64,000 bases of DNA. Source: an uncultured Gemmatimonadaceae bacterium. Lineage in GTDB: Bacteria; Gemmatimonadota; Gemmatimonadetes; Gemmatimonadales; Gemmatimonadaceae. The position numbers and the translations under genes are program-made. Of the stretch, positions 1-11,925 are shown piece after piece. Position 1 is the first letter of the stretch; every line of letters starts with the position of its first letter. The stretch covers positions 64,001 through 128,000 of the forward strand of contig CAWFQK010000002.1 in the NCBI GenBank assembly GCA_963817955.1. Direction: 5' to 3'. Under the pieces are notes generated by a model. That model did not search any database and was not told the DNA's origin. It saw nothing but the letters and a program-made list of their open reading frames with translations.

Positions 1-627
1 AACAAACTGCTTGCCGACGACGCGATTGTCTCGGCGGACAGCGGAACGATCGCGACCTGGGCCGCGAGGTACATCGACATCCGTGGCACCATGCAGTTCT
101 CGCTGTCCGGCGCCCTCGCCACGATGGCGAACGGCCTGCCCTACAGCATTGGTGCCGCGGTCGCATACCCGAAGCGCCAGGTCGTGTGCATCGTCGGTGA
201 CGGCGGCTTCACGATGTTGATGGGCGAGCTCGCGACGCTCGTCAAATACAACCTGAACGTCAAGGTCATCATCATCAAGAACAACGTCCTCGGCATGATC
301 AAGTGGGAGCAGATGGTACTCGAGGGCAATCCACAGTACGGAGTCGAGTTGCAGCCGATCGACTTCGAGGCATACGCGAAGGCGTGCGGCGCCGGCGGCT
401 TCACCGTCGAGAAGCCGAAGGACGTTGAGAAAACATTGAAGGCGGCGCTCGCCTATCCCGGACCTGCCGTCGTGCAAGCCCTCGTGGACGCCAACGAAGC
501 GCCGATGCCCGGCAAGATCTCGACCAAGCAGGCGCTGCACTTCACCAAGGCGCTGATGCGCGGCGAGAAGGACCGTTTGGGCATCATCAAGACGCTGCTC
601 GAAGACGAGGTGCGCGAAGTCATCTAA
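1..627 (+). CDS. Thiamine pyrophosphate-dependent enzyme, pyruvate oxidase/dehydrogenase (PoxB-like), 5' truncated by window edge
   Basis: Frame 1 is open from base 1 (NKLLADDAIVSADSGT...); ThDP motif GDGG...NN; LATMANGLPYSIGA. Confidence 0.85.
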   Translation, partial: NKLLADDAIVSADSGTIATWAARYIDIRGTMQFSLSGALATMANGLPYSIGAAVAYPKRQVVCIVGDGGFTMLMGELATLVKYNLNVKVIIIKNNVLGMIKWEQMVLEGNPQYGVELQPIDFEAYAKACGAGGFTVEKPKDVEKTLKAALAYPGPAVVQALVDANEAPMPGKISTKQALHFTKALMRGEKDRLGIIKTLLEDEVREVI

Positions 628-632
628 GATTT

Positions 633-3611
633 ATGACACGCATTCCCCAGCTCCCCGTCCCACGGCGCACCCCGAAGGGGCACCACGCGCCACCGCCGAC
701 ATCTCCGCGGCCGGACGCGGTCGATGCCCGTTCGCTTGGGATCGACATCGCAGGACTCGAGCGTCATCTCAGGTCCACTGTGCGCGGAGAAGTGCGCTTC
801 AGTGACGGCGATCGCGCACTCTATTCAACGGACGCTTCGAATTATCGGCAGATCCCTGTTGGCATCGTGTTGCCACGTGACGCTGACGACGTCGTCGCGA
901 CCGTGGCCGCATGCCGACAGTTCGGCGCGCCGATCGTTTCGCGCGGTGGCGCAACCGATCTCGCCGGCTCCACGTGCAATGCCGCTGTGGTCATGGACAT
1001 GAGCAAGTACATGAACCACGTGGTCGAGATCAACTGGGACAAGCAATGGGCGTGTGTCGAGCCGGGAACCGTCCTCGACGATCTCCGCAATAGGGCGGAG
1101 GAACGGCATCTCACGTTCGGTCCTGATCCAGCCACGCACGCGCGCAACACGATCGGTGGAATGGTCGGCAACAACTCGTGCGGCATGCACGCGCAGATGG
1201 CGGGCAAGGTCGAGGAGAATACCCTCGCCCTGGAGATTCTGACCTACGACGGCGAACGCATGTGGGTGGGGCCCACGAGCGACGGCGAGCTGGAGTCGAT
1301 CATCAATTCCGGCGGTGTGCGCGGCGAGATCTATTCACGGCTCAAAGCCATCCGCGACAACTATGGTGATCTCATCCGGAAGCGCTTTCCTCGCATCCCA
1401 CGGCTCGTGTCGGGGTACCCGCTTCACCAGCTGCTGCCGGAACACGGGTTCAACGTCGCGCGTGCGCTCGTCGGTACCGAGAGCACCTGCGTCACGGTGC
1501 TCCAGGCGAAATTGCGGCTCGTGCCAAGCCCTCGCGTGCGCACACTCGTCATAGTCGCCTACGACGACATCTTCACCGCGGGCGACCACGTCGCCTTCTG
1601 TAACGAGTACAAGCCGATCGCCCTGGAAGGCATCGACTCGAGCATGTTCCGGTACATGCACGACAAAGGCATGTCGACGTCGGGGAGAGCGCTCTTTCCC
1701 GACGGCAATGCGTGGCTGGTCGTGGAATTCGGGGGCGAATCGAAGGATGAGGCGGCCGACGCGGCGCACCGGCTCATGCGCGCGCTCGCGCAGAAGACCA
1801 ACCGCCCGATGAAGCTGTTCGAGGATTCGAAACAGGAGCACCTCGTATGGCAGATCCGCGAGGCCGGTCTCGGCTCGACGTCCAAAATTCCTCATGACCC
1901 GGATTTCTATCCTGGCTGGGAAGACTCGGCCGTCGCGCCCGAGGACGTCGGCAACTACCTGCGCGATTTGCAGCAGCTGTTCGATCGGTACGGGTATACC
2001 GCCTCGCTCTACGGCCACTTTGGCCAGGGCTGCATTCATTGCAGCATCGACTTCGACTTGTACACGGCAGAGGGCATCGATCGCTGGAAGCGGTTTCTGA
2101 CCGAGGCCGCGCACCTCGTGACCTCGTACGGCGGCTCACTCTCCGGCGAACACGGCGACGGGCAGGCCCGCGGCAGCCTGTTGCCGATCATGTTCGGCGA
2201 CGAGATCGTGCAGGCGTTTCGCGAATTCAAGGCGGCGTGGGATCCGCGCGGTCAGATGAATCCGGGCAAGGTGGTCGACGCATATCCCGTCGATAAGAAT
2301 CTGCGATGGGGCACGCATTACCACCCCTGGGAGCCCGCGACCCACTTCTCGTTTCAGGACGACCGCGGCAGCTTCGCGTACGCCGCCAACCGCTGCGTGG
2401 GCACCGGCAAATGCCGCAAGCACGACAGCGGCACCATGTGCCCGAGCTACATGGCGACACGCGAGGAGAAGCACTCCACGCGAGGTCGTTCGCGGCTGCT
2501 GTTCGAGATGCTGGAGGGCAATCCCTTGACCGACGGATGGAAGGATGCCGCAGTCAAGGAGGCGCTCGACCTGTGCCTCGCATGCAAGGCCTGCCGCGGG
2601 GAATGCCCCGTGAACGTGGACATGGCGACGTACAAGGCGGAGTTCCTGTCGCACTACTATGAGGGTCGGCCCCGCCCCGTCGCCGCCTACGCCTTTGGGT
2701 TGATGCACCGCTGGGCGCGCGTGGCGTCGCACATGCCGCGTGTCGCGAACTTCTTCACCCAGACTCCTTGGCTGGGGAGCCTCGCCAAGAGAAGCCTGTC
2801 GATAGCACCGGAGCGGCGCATCCCACCGTTCGCACGGCACACGTTCCGGCATTGGTATCGTCACCGCACCGCCCGCAATCCGGACGGCCCGCCCGTCATG
2901 CTGTGGCCGGACACGTGGAACAACTACTTCCTTCCGGAGACGGCGCATGCCGCGGTCGAAGTCCTCGAGGCCGCGGGGTTCCAGGTCCTCATCCCGCCCC
3001 GCCCGCTCTGTTGCGGGCGCCCATTGTACGACTACGGCATGCTCGGCACCGCCGAAAAGCTCTTGCGCGGGATCCTGCGGACGCTCGCACCCCACATTCG
3101 CGCCGGCACGCCCGTCGTCGGACTCGAGCCAAGTTGCGTGTCCGTGTTCCGCGACGAACTCGTCAACCTGTTTCCGAACGACGACGACGCCAAGCGAATG
3201 CGGGACCAGACATTCCTGCTCGGCGAATTCCTGGCCGACAAGGCGTCACACTTGTCGCTCCCTGCGCTCCGTCGGAAGGCCGTCGTGCATGGCCACTGTC
3301 ACGACAAGTCGGTGCTGGCATTTGACCGTCAGCGGAAGGTCCTGGATGCCATCGGCCTCGATTACACCGTGCTCGATTCCGGCTGTTGCGGAATGGCGGG
3401 TGCGTTCGGCTACGAAAAGGGCGAGCACTACCGCGTTTCGATCGCATGCGGCGAGCGAGTACTGTTGCCCGCCGTGCGGTCGGCGGCCGCCGACACGTTG
3501 ATCGTGGCCGACGGCTTCAGTTGCCGCGAACAGATCGTTCAAACCACCAACCGTCGTGCCGTGCACCTCGCCGAGGTGTTGAAGATGGCACTCGATCAGA
3601 GGACCGCATGA
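633..3611 (+). CDS. FAD-binding and [4Fe-4S] oxidoreductase (YdiJ/GlcD-GlcF fusion type)
   Basis: RGGATDLAG FAD region, SGEHGDG, CVGTGKC and CLACKAC...CP clusters, C-terminal CCG domains. Confidence 0.9.
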   Translation: MTRIPQLPVPRRTPKGHHAPPPTSPRPDAVDARSLGIDIAGLERHLRSTVRGEVRFSDGDRALYSTDASNYRQIPVGIVLPRDADDVVATVAACRQFGAPIVSRGGATDLAGSTCNAAVVMDMSKYMNHVVEINWDKQWACVEPGTVLDDLRNRAEERHLTFGPDPATHARNTIGGMVGNNSCGMHAQMAGKVEENTLALEILTYDGERMWVGPTSDGELESIINSGGVRGEIYSRLKAIRDNYGDLIRKRFPRIPRLVSGYPLHQLLPEHGFNVARALVGTESTCVTVLQAKLRLVPSPRVRTLVIVAYDDIFTAGDHVAFCNEYKPIALEGIDSSMFRYMHDKGMSTSGRALFPDGNAWLVVEFGGESKDEAADAAHRLMRALAQKTNRPMKLFEDSKQEHLVWQIREAGLGSTSKIPHDPDFYPGWEDSAVAPEDVGNYLRDLQQLFDRYGYTASLYGHFGQGCIHCSIDFDLYTAEGIDRWKRFLTEAAHLVTSYGGSLSGEHGDGQARGSLLPIMFGDEIVQAFREFKAAWDPRGQMNPGKVVDAYPVDKNLRWGTHYHPWEPATHFSFQDDRGSFAYAANRCVGTGKCRKHDSGTMCPSYMATREEKHSTRGRSRLLFEMLEGNPLTDGWKDAAVKEALDLCLACKACRGECPVNVDMATYKAEFLSHYYEGRPRPVAAYAFGLMHRWARVASHMPRVANFFTQTPWLGSLAKRSLSIAPERRIPPFARHTFRHWYRHRTARNPDGPPVMLWPDTWNNYFLPETAHAAVEVLEAAGFQVLIPPRPLCCGRPLYDYGMLGTAEKLLRGILRTLAPHIRAGTPVVGLEPSCVSVFRDELVNLFPNDDDAKRMRDQTFLLGEFLADKASHLSLPALRRKAVVHGHCHDKSVLAFDRQRKVLDAIGLDYTVLDSGCCGMAGAFGYEKGEHYRVSIACGERVLLPAVRSAAADTLIVADGFSCREQIVQTTNRRAVHLAEVLKMALDQRTA

Positions 3612-4600
3612 GTGAAGTCATCGTTGTCACGGGAGCCTCGGCCGGGCTTGGCCGGGCCATCGTCCAGCGTTTCGCGCGCGACGGATGTGCTATCGGATTG
3701 ATCGCGCGTGGTCCCGATCGCCTGGAGAGCGCACGCGCCGAGGTGGAAGCGCTCGGTGGAACGGCGTTGGCGCTGCCGCTGGACGTCGCCGATGCCGACG
3801 CGGTCGAGGCGGCAGCGGAGCGCGTGGAACGCGAGCTCGGGCCGATCGACGTGTGGATCAACAACGCCATGGTGTCGGTGTACTCGCCGATCAAGCAGAT
3901 GACGGCGGCGGAGTTCCGCCGCGTGACCGAGGTCACGTATCTGGGCTACGTACATGGGACCCTGGCCGCGCTCTAGCGCATGCTGCCACGCAACCGGGGA
4001 ATCATCATCCAGGTCGGGTCAGCACTGGCGCACCGCAGCATTCCGCTCCAATCGGCGTATTGCGCGTCGAAACACGCGATCATGGGTCTTCACGAATCCT
4101 TATTGAGCGAGCTCCTCCACGACGGGAGTCGCGTGCGTACGACCATGGTGCAGATGCCCGCGATGAACACACCGCAGTTCGATTGGGCAAAGAGTCGCTT
4201 GCGAAACCAGACGCAACCCGTCCCTCCGATCTTCCAGCCTGAAGTGGGGGCGGACGCGGTGCACCATGTCGTTCGTCACGACGTCGGTCGCGAGTTTCTT
4301 GTCGCGTGGCCGACCACCGAAGCCGTGTTGGGGGAGAAGATTGTGCCGGGATATATCGATCGCAAGCTCGCGCGAGGCGGATACCAGGGCGAGCAGACCG
4401 GCGAGCCGGCGGATCCGGATCGGCCGAACAACCTCTGGAATCCTGTGGCGGGCGATTTCGCCGCGCACGGGCGGTTCGACGACCGCTCCCACGACGTGAG
4501 CGTTGAGCTGTGGGTTGCCAAGCGGAAACCGTGGTTGATGGTCGGCGGCGCGTTGATGCTGGGTGCGGCGCTCGCCGCACGTCGGACCGACCAGCAATGA
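3608..4600 (+). pseudogene. SDR family oxidoreductase interrupted by one in-frame TAG (3974-3976)
   Basis: TGASAGLG and NNA before the stop, YCASK after it, same frame; ATGA overlaps with both neighbours. Confidence 0.8.
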
Positions 4601-6984
4601 TCGCGGCGCGCGGTGTAGCGCCAGGCGGTCCCGGGATTGCCCCTCGCTGGACGTCCAGCGCCAAGGCAGGCGTTGGCACGGCACTCGGCGCGCGCAGCAT
4701 GGTCTGGTTCACCATCTCGCATGGCATCGTGAACGAGGTCTACTACCCGCGCGTCGATCAGGCCGACATTCGCGACATGGGCATGATCGTGACCGCCGAG
4801 CCGGACTTCTTCGCGGAAGAACAGCGGCACACGCATACGGCGCTCGACCTGATCGCGCCCGGCGTGCCGGGATTTCACGTCACAAATACGTGTGCGCGCG
4901 GCCGGTTTCGTATTCACAAGACGCTGATCACCGATCCCGATCGCGACGTCCTGCTGCAAGCCACGGAGTTCGTGCCGGTGATCGGTTCGCTGGACGATTA
5001 CCGCTTGTTCGTCCTGCTCGCGCCGCACCTCGCGAATCAGGGAGAGGGCAATGATGCGTGTGTCGGCGAGTACAAGGGCATTCCCATGCTGTTCGCGCAG
5101 CGCGAGAGCGCCGCACTGGCACTGAGTTGCTCGGCGGACTTTGCCGCGCTGAGCTGTGGCTACGTCGGCGTGAACGACGGTTGGCAGCAGCTTGCGCGTG
5201 CCCGTCATTTGACGGAATGTTATGCCGCTGCGCACGACGGGAACGTTGCCGTGACGGCCGAGATTGATCTCAGCCACAGCAACGGCCGCTTCGTCCTGGC
5301 ACTTGCATTCGGCCGTGATCAGGACGAAGCGGCCCATGCGGCGCGCGCGTCGTTACTCGCGGACTTCAACGACACGTGCAACAGCTTCGTCGCCGGATGG
5401 CGGTCGTTCCACGCTCGTTCGCGGCGGCTCTCGCACAACGACGACATCGCGACGGAGTACGGACTCAGCGTGGCGATCTTGCAGTCGCATGAAGACAAGG
5501 TTCGTCGGGGCGCATTCATCGCGAGCCTCTCGATCCCGTGGGGCAACGAGCGCGGCGATCACGACCTGGGCGGATACCATGTAGTGTGGCCGCGCGATCT
5601 CGTCGAGGTCGGCGGCGGGCTCCTGGCCGCGGGCCACACGGACTCGGCGCGCTACGCCCTGCATTACCTCATGACCACTCAGGAGGCCGACGGCCATTGG
5701 CCGCAGAACATGTGGCTGGACGGACGCGCCTACTGGACCGGCAATCAACTCGATGAAACAGCGTCCCCCATTCTGCTCGCCGATCAACTGCGTCGCCGCC
5801 GCGCCCTCGAGAGCTTGAATGTATGGCCGATGGTCCGCCGCGCCGCGGGATATCTCGCTCGCAACGGTCCCGTGACCCCGGAGGACCGATGGGAGGAGGA
5901 CGGCGGCTACTCCACGTTCACCCTCGCTGTCGAGATCGCGGCGCTGCTCGCGGCCGCCGACTTTGCCGATCTCGAGCACGATGAAGCGGCCGCGAGATAC
6001 CTCCGGGAGACGGCGGACATCTGGAATTCGTCGCTCGAACGATGGCTCTATGTCACCGGCACCGCCCTCGCCGCACACGTTGGCGTCAATGGCTACTACG
6101 TCCGTCTTGCACCGTCAACCGTTCGAGACGGCGACTCCACGATCGCCGTAGCCAATCAACCCCCTGGTAGCGACCGAATACGCTATGACGACATGGTGAG
6201 TCCGGACGCCCTGGCCCTGGTCCGCTTCGGCCTTCGCGCGGCGGACGACGAGCGGATTCTGAACACGGTGCGCGTCATCGATCGCCTGTTATGCACGGAC
6301 ACCCCCACCGGGCCGATCTGGCACCGGTATAACGACGATGGATATGGCGAGCACGAGGATGGTGCGAGCTTCGACGGCACGGGTATCGGACGGGGATGGC
6401 CGCTGCTCGCCGGCGAGCGAGCACATTACGAGCTCGCCGCCGGCCGCGCGGATCGCGCGGCCCACCTGCTCGAAGTCATGCGACGACAGACGGGGCTTGG
6501 CGGGCTCATACCTGAGCAGGTGTGGGACGCTGCCGACATCCCCGAGCAAGGTTTGATCGCCGGCTGCCCGACCGGCTCCGGCATGCCACTCGTGTGGGCG
6601 CATGCCGAATTTGTAAAGCTCGCGCGATCGCTTCACGACGGCCGCGTCTTCGACACGCCGCCGCAAACCACGAAACGCTACATCAGGTCGCGGATCCCAT
6701 GCCGGATGGCGACATGGCGATTCAACAACAAGATCCGCGCGATCGCGTCTGGACACAGCCTTCGGCTCGAAGCACAGGCTCCGTTCATGGTCCACTGGTC
6801 CGTCGACGCGTGGCGCTCCCCTCAAGACAGCGAGGGAACCGACACCACGTTGGGCATGTGGTTTGTCGATCTACCGACCGACTCACTTCCCGTGGGCGCT
6901 GCCGTGTCCTTCACGTTCTATTGGCCCGAAGCTCGCCGCTGGGAGGGAACAGACTTCGTCGTGCGAATCGAAGACCGGCCATAG
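4597..6984 (+). CDS. Glycoside hydrolase family 15 (glucoamylase/glucodextranase-like)
   Basis: APGGPGIAPRW N-domain, YHVVWPRD, DRWEE, LIPEQVW, PLVWAHAEF. Confidence 0.9.
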   Translation: MIAARGVAPGGPGIAPRWTSSAKAGVGTALGARSMVWFTISHGIVNEVYYPRVDQADIRDMGMIVTAEPDFFAEEQRHTHTALDLIAPGVPGFHVTNTCARGRFRIHKTLITDPDRDVLLQATEFVPVIGSLDDYRLFVLLAPHLANQGEGNDACVGEYKGIPMLFAQRESAALALSCSADFAALSCGYVGVNDGWQQLARARHLTECYAAAHDGNVAVTAEIDLSHSNGRFVLALAFGRDQDEAAHAARASLLADFNDTCNSFVAGWRSFHARSRRLSHNDDIATEYGLSVAILQSHEDKVRRGAFIASLSIPWGNERGDHDLGGYHVVWPRDLVEVGGGLLAAGHTDSARYALHYLMTTQEADGHWPQNMWLDGRAYWTGNQLDETASPILLADQLRRRRALESLNVWPMVRRAAGYLARNGPVTPEDRWEEDGGYSTFTLAVEIAALLAAADFADLEHDEAAARYLRETADIWNSSLERWLYVTGTALAAHVGVNGYYVRLAPSTVRDGDSTIAVANQPPGSDRIRYDDMVSPDALALVRFGLRAADDERILNTVRVIDRLLCTDTPTGPIWHRYNDDGYGEHEDGASFDGTGIGRGWPLLAGERAHYELAAGRADRAAHLLEVMRRQTGLGGLIPEQVWDAADIPEQGLIAGCPTGSGMPLVWAHAEFVKLARSLHDGRVFDTPPQTTKRYIRSRIPCRMATWRFNNKIRAIASGHSLRLEAQAPFMVHWSVDAWRSPQDSEGTDTTLGMWFVDLPTDSLPVGAAVSFTFYWPEARRWEGTDFVVRIEDRP

Positions 6985-6996
6985 GAACCTTGGACC

Positions 6997-7647
6997 ATGG
7001 CTGCGCTCTTTCCGCCCTGGGCAAATGTGCTCGCGCGAGGTTCGCTCATCGCCGCGGCCATTGCCCTCGTCGGCCTGCCCGTCGCCCTCATGGCGTGGGT
7101 GCGCACGCCCAACGCGGTCCGTCGATACCAGCCTGTCGCGCAACCGGTTCCGTTCGATCATCGCGTGCACGTCACCGGCGAACACATCGATTGTCGGTAC
7201 TGTCACTTCTCCGTCGAGCGCTCATCGACCGCCGGGATCCCGCCGACGGTCACGTGTATGCCCTGTCACAGTGAGACCTGGTTGAGCTCGAGCACCCTGG
7301 CTCCGGTACGCCGAAGCATGGAGACGAATCAGCCCCTGCGCTGGAATCGCGTGACGTCGCTGCCCGGCTTCGTCTATTTCAATCACGCGATCCACGTCAA
7401 CAAAGGCGTTGGATGTGAGACCTGTCACGGTCGCGTGGACCAGATGGGCGCGGTCTATCAGGCCGAGCCGCTGACGATGAACTGGTGCGTGTCGTGTCAT
7501 CGCGATCCTGCCGCGCAACTTCGGCCGCTCTCGGAGATCACGGCGATGGGCTACGTGCCCGCCGAATCACAACGCACCCTGGGTAGCCGCCTCGTTCGCG
7601 AGTATCACGTGCGGCAGTTGACCAACTGCTCCACCTGCCACCGGTGA
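6997..7647 (+). CDS. actA: Alternative complex III pentaheme cytochrome c subunit
   Basis: N-terminal TM helix, five CxxCH motifs, QPVPFDH, first gene of act cluster. Confidence 0.92.
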   Translation: MAALFPPWANVLARGSLIAAAIALVGLPVALMAWVRTPNAVRRYQPVAQPVPFDHRVHVTGEHIDCRYCHFSVERSSTAGIPPTVTCMPCHSETWLSSSTLAPVRRSMETNQPLRWNRVTSLPGFVYFNHAIHVNKGVGCETCHGRVDQMGAVYQAEPLTMNWCVSCHRDPAAQLRPLSEITAMGYVPAESQRTLGSRLVREYHVRQLTNCSTCHR

Positions 7648-7651
7648 GCGC

Positions 7652-10507
7652 ATGCACCATCACGATCCCCATCATGACCATGACCATGACCACGACCACG
7701 ACCACGACCATGACGACGATGTAACGCGCCGAAGCTTCCTCAAGGCGGCGCTCGGCGCGAGCATGGCGGCGCTCGCCGGTCTTGATGGGTGCACGCGCAT
7801 GCCAGCGGAGAAGATCTTCCCGTATGTCAACCAGCCGCCCGAGCTGACACCCGGCGTTGCGGTACACTACGCGACGTCAATGGTGCTCGACGGGTATGCG
7901 ACCGGGCTGATCGTCGAAGCACATGAAGGCCGGCCGACGAAGATCGAGGGGAATCCCGACCACCCCGCCAGCCTCGGTGCGTCCGGCATGCTCGAGCAGG
8001 CATCGCTGCTGCAGCTCTATGACCCGGACCGCGCGAGTCGCGTGCGATCCGGATCGTCAACGGAGAGTTGGCCAGCCTTCGCGTCGGCAATGGCCCCCTC
8101 GGCATTGCGGCCACGCGTCGGCGCGCGAGGCGCAGGGTTGGCATTGCTGCTCGAGCCAACCTCGTCGCCACTCATTGCCGCGCGAGTCGACGCACTGCAC
8201 ACGATCTATCCCGACATGCGCGTCTTCTACTACGCGCCCTTGCAAGCGGGCACCAGCGATGCGGCATTCACGAGTGCCGGCGTGATCCCGCAATTCGCCA
8301 TTCGCGATGCCAGGGTCATCCTCAGCGCCGGATCGGACTTCCTCGCCACGGGTCCATTCCATCTTCGTTACGCACGCGACTTCGCCGATGGACGACGCGT
8401 TCCGGCCAGTGGCATGAACCGGCTGTACGTAGCGGAGTGTGATTACACCGTGACGGGAGGCGCGGCGGACCACCGACTCCCGTGTCGACCGGAAGATCTC
8501 GAGTCCCTGCTGGAGTCTGTGCTCACCCTCCTACGTGGCGGCACCGGCACGTCAGCGTGGAGCACTGCCGTGGGCGCCGACTTGAAGGCGAATGCCGGGC
8601 GAAGCCTCGTCATTGCCGGTGAACGCCAACGCCCGCGCGTGCACGCGCTCGTCGCAGCGATCAATGATACGCTTGGCAACACGGGACGAACCGTTTGGTT
8701 CACGCGATCGTTGCTCCCGGGTGCGGGTGAGGCGAACGCGTCGATCTCCGCATTGGCCGGCGCCATCGCTGGTGGCGGGATCGACACGCTCGTGTGCATC
8801 GGCGGCAATCCGTCATACGCGACCCCGGGCGCGCTGCAGTTTTCGACGCTGCTCCGCCGCGTGCCGAACACCGCGTACGTCGGGCTCTATGAGAACGAGA
8901 CTGCGCGCGACTCCAAATGGTTCGTACCCGCCTCGCATTATCTCGAATCGTGGGGCGACGCGCGCGCCTACGATGGCACGTACTCCATCGTTCAGCCCCT
9001 GGTCCAACCGCTTCACGGCGGCAAGTCACCAGCCGACGTGCTGTCCGCATTGGCGGGCCAACCTTCGGTCGATTCCCGCGTGCTGCTACGCGATGTCGCA
9101 TTCAAGAATGATGTCGAGGCGACGGACGCGGGTTGGGCGGCCGCGCTCGGTCGCGGATTTGTCGTTGGGCCGGCGCTTTCGCACGTCACGGCTGTCCCGC
9201 GTGCCGAGTTGCTCATGCCAAGAGGCGGCACGGCAAGTGAAGCCGGCGCCCTCACGATCGTCTTCGAGCGAGACGCACGGGTGCACGATGGGTCGTTTGC
9301 CAACAACGGATGGCTGCAGGAGCTCCCGGATCCGATCACCAAGCTCACGTGGGACAACGCGGCGCTGCTGAATCCTCGAGACGCCGGGCGACTGGGGGTC
9401 TCGACCGGCGACGTCGTCCAGTTGTCGCACGGCAGTGCTTCGCTCCGCATACCAGCGATCGTCGTCCCCGGACACGCGGCAGGCGCGGCGACGGTGCGTT
9501 TCGGGTACGGGCGAGCGGGAGCGGAGTCCGTGGCGCGCGGTGTAGGTGTGAATGTCAACGTCCTGTGGCCAGCCCCGGACATGTTCGTGCTGAGCGACGT
9601 CGCGATCGCTCGGGCACCGGGTGGCGAACATCACGACTTCGCGATCACGCAATGGCATTGGACCATGGAAGGGCGCGGCCAAGCGAGAGAGGGTACGCTC
9701 GCGGCGTACCAGGCGGGGCATGGCGCGAACGTCAGGCGACAGCGACGTACGCTCACGATCTATGATCCGCCGCACCGTCTGGACGCGCCTCAACAGTGGG
9801 CGATGACGATCGATCTCGGGACCTGCATCGGCTGCAGCGCCTGCGTCGTGGCCTGCCAATCAGAGAACAACATTCCCGTCGTCGGTCCGGAGGATGTCGC
9901 CAAGTCTCGCGAGATGCAATGGCTCCGCATCGATCGCTACCTCGAAGGTCCCGAGGATGATCCGCGTGCGATCACGCAGCCGATGCTCTGCCAGCATTGC
10001 GAGAATGCGCCGTGCGAGTACGTGTGCCCGGTGGGCGCCACGACACACAGCGCCGATGGACTCAACGAGATGGTGTACAATCGATGCGTCGGCACGCGGT
10101 TCTGCTCGAACAACTGCCCGTACAAGGTGCGGCGCTTCAACTGGTTTGACTACAACGCACGCCTGAGCGAGACGGAGCAGCTCGGCAAGAACCCGGACGT
10201 CACGGTGCGCGAACGCGGCGTGATGGAGAAATGCACGTTTTGCGTGCAACGCATTCGCGAGGCAGAGATCGCGTCCGGAATTGACGGCCGGCCTCTCCGC
10301 GGGAGCGAGGTCAGGACGGCGTGCCAGCAGGCTTGTCCAACGAACGCGATCGTGTTCGGGTCCCTCACCGAGCCTGATTCTCCAGTCGTCCGCCAGCGCG
10401 ACGACCCGCGGGCGTATGCCGTGCTCGCCGAGCTCGGCACTGTTCCGCGCATCGAATACTTGGCCCGTGTGCGCAACGTGAACCCTGCATTGGAGCCGCG
10501 CGCGTGA
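7652..10507 (+). CDS. actB: Alternative complex III subunit B (molybdopterin oxidoreductase-like domain + Fe-S domain), Tat lipoprotein
   Basis: TRRSFLK...[18 protein letters not shown], four Cys clusters ([35 protein letters not shown]...CQQAC). Confidence 0.93.
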   Translation: MHHHDPHHDHDHDHDHDHDHDDDVTRRSFLKAALGASMAALAGLDGCTRMPAEKIFPYVNQPPELTPGVAVHYATSMVLDGYATGLIVEAHEGRPTKIEGNPDHPASLGASGMLEQASLLQLYDPDRASRVRSGSSTESWPAFASAMAPSALRPRVGARGAGLALLLEPTSSPLIAARVDALHTIYPDMRVFYYAPLQAGTSDAAFTSAGVIPQFAIRDARVILSAGSDFLATGPFHLRYARDFADGRRVPASGMNRLYVAECDYTVTGGAADHRLPCRPEDLESLLESVLTLLRGGTGTSAWSTAVGADLKANAGRSLVIAGERQRPRVHALVAAINDTLGNTGRTVWFTRSLLPGAGEANASISALAGAIAGGGIDTLVCIGGNPSYATPGALQFSTLLRRVPNTAYVGLYENETARDSKWFVPASHYLESWGDARAYDGTYSIVQPLVQPLHGGKSPADVLSALAGQPSVDSRVLLRDVAFKNDVEATDAGWAAALGRGFVVGPALSHVTAVPRAELLMPRGGTASEAGALTIVFERDARVHDGSFANNGWLQELPDPITKLTWDNAALLNPRDAGRLGVSTGDVVQLSHGSASLRIPAIVVPGHAAGAATVRFGYGRAGAESVARGVGVNVNVLWPAPDMFVLSDVAIARAPGGEHHDFAITQWHWTMEGRGQAREGTLAAYQAGHGANVRRQRRTLTIYDPPHRLDAPQQWAMTIDLGTCIGCSACVVACQSENNIPVVGPEDVAKSREMQWLRIDRYLEGPEDDPRAITQPMLCQHCENAPCEYVCPVGATTHSADGLNEMVYNRCVGTRFCSNNCPYKVRRFNWFDYNARLSETEQLGKNPDVTVRERGVMEKCTFCVQRIREAEIASGIDGRPLRGSEVRTACQQACPTNAIVFGSLTEPDSPVVRQRDDPRAYAVLAELGTVPRIEYLARVRNVNPALEPRA
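7655..7720 (+). repeat. CAYGAC hexamer repeat encoding a His/Asp tract
   Basis: Encodes [22 protein letters not shown] at the ActB N-terminus. Confidence 0.9.
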
Positions 10508-11925
10508 GTATCGCCGTCCGACCCGTATCGGGATCCTCCACTCATGGCAGCGATCAGTGGCCGGTGATGCGTGGCCAACCGGCGGCGGGGGCGCTGACAG
10601 ACCATCTCCTCGCCCCCTTATGGCGCACATCGCCGGCCTGGTGGTTTCTCTTCGGCCTGTCGTCGCTGGGCACGCTGCTCCTGCTCGTGACCGTCACGTA
10701 CACGGTTGCGAGAGGAATTGGCGTCTGGGGCAACAACATCCCGGTCGCATGGGCGTTCGCGATTACGAACTTCGTCTGGTGGATCGGGATCGGTCACGCC
10801 GGCACGTTCATCTCGGCATTTCTCATCCTGCTCAACCAGCGTTGGCGCGGCTCCATCAATCGCGTCGCCGAGGCGATGACGATCTTCGCGCTCGTCAACG
10901 CGGCGCTGTTCCCGGTGCTGCACCTCGGACGGCCGTGGTTCTTCTACTGGCTCGTTCCCTACCCGGCCACGATGAACGTGTGGCCGAACTTCAAGAGTGC
11001 GTTGCCGTGGGACGTCTCGGCGGTCACGACGTACTTCACGGTGTCACTGCTCTTCTGGTATCTCGGGTTGGTGCCGGATCTGGCGTCGGCGCGCGATACG
11101 GCGCCGACGCGGGCCAAGCGGCTCATCTACGGCGTGTTTGCCATGGGCTGGCGCGGTTCCAGCTTTCAGTGGCAGCGGCATCGCGTGGCCTACATACTGC
11201 TCGCGGGCCTTGCTACCCCGCTCGTCATTTCGGTGCACAGCGTCGTGAGCCTCGACTTCAGTATCGCGCAGTTGCCTGGCTGGCACTCGACGATCTTCCC
11301 GCCGTACTTCGTCGTCGGTGCCATCTACTCCGGGCTGGCGATGGTATTCGTGCTGTTGCTGCCGGTGCGCCGCGCGTTTGCGTTGCATGACATCATCACC
11401 AAGGCGCACCTCGACGCAATGGCCAAGCTGATGCTGACGATGGGCCTCATGCTCACGTACAGCTACGTCATCGAGACGTTCATGGCGTGGTACAGTGACA
11501 ACGCGGCCGAACGATACACGTATCTCATTGCTCGCCCGGCAGGTCCGTACGCCATCGCCTATTGGATCATGACTGTGCTCAACGTCGGTACGCCTCAGCT
11601 CTTCTGGGTGCGCCGGTTTCGCACGAGCCCTGCGGTCTTGTTCGTCGCCTCGATCGGCATTCTGGTCGGCATGTGGATGGAACGGTTCATCATCATCGTC
11701 ACGTCGCTCAATCGCGACTTTCTCACGTCGAGCTGGCACCTCTACGTGCCAACGTGGGTGGACTGGGGCATCCTTACGGGTAGTCTCGGACTGTTTGGCT
11801 TCCTGTTCCTCCTGTTCGTGCGGTTCGTTCCGAGCGTGGCGATCAGCGAAGTGAAGGCACTGAGTATCAAGCTCGCCGCTAGCGCCGCTGCAGCACAGCG
11901 CGCCGGGAAGCCGAACGATGCGTGA
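10504..11925 (+). CDS. actC: Alternative complex III subunit C (NrfD/PsrC family quinol-binding subunit)
   Basis: [40 protein letters not shown] overlap with actB. Confidence 0.93.
   Translation: MSIAVRPVSGSSTHGSDQWPVMRGQPAAGALTDHLLAPLWRTSPAWWFLFGLSSLGTLLLLVTVTYTVARGIGVWGNNIPVAWAFAITNFVWWIGIGHAGTFISAFLILLNQRWRGSINRVAEAMTIFALVNAALFPVLHLGRPWFFYWLVPYPATMNVWPNFKSALPWDVSAVTTYFTVSLLFWYLGLVPDLASARDTAPTRAKRLIYGVFAMGWRGSSFQWQRHRVAYILLAGLATPLVISVHSVVSLDFSIAQLPGWHSTIFPPYFVVGAIYSGLAMVFVLLLPVRRAFALHDIITKAHLDAMAKLMLTMGLMLTYSYVIETFMAWYSDNAAERYTYLIARPAGPYAIAYWIMTVLNVGTPQLFWVRRFRTSPAVLFVASIGILVGMWMERFIIIVTSLNRDFLTSSWHLYVPTWVDWGILTGSLGLFGFLFLLFVRFVPSVAISEVKALSIKLAASAAAAQRAGKPNDA

Noticed and set aside
3974..3976. 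Genome-wide TAG recoding or pyrrolysine
   Set aside because: TAG is a normal stop for GH15, actF, ctaE and ctaC; no pyl genes in the window
7652..10507. Active molybdoenzyme
   Set aside because: Context and sequence match ActB, whose molybdopterin-like domain is known to lack the cofactor
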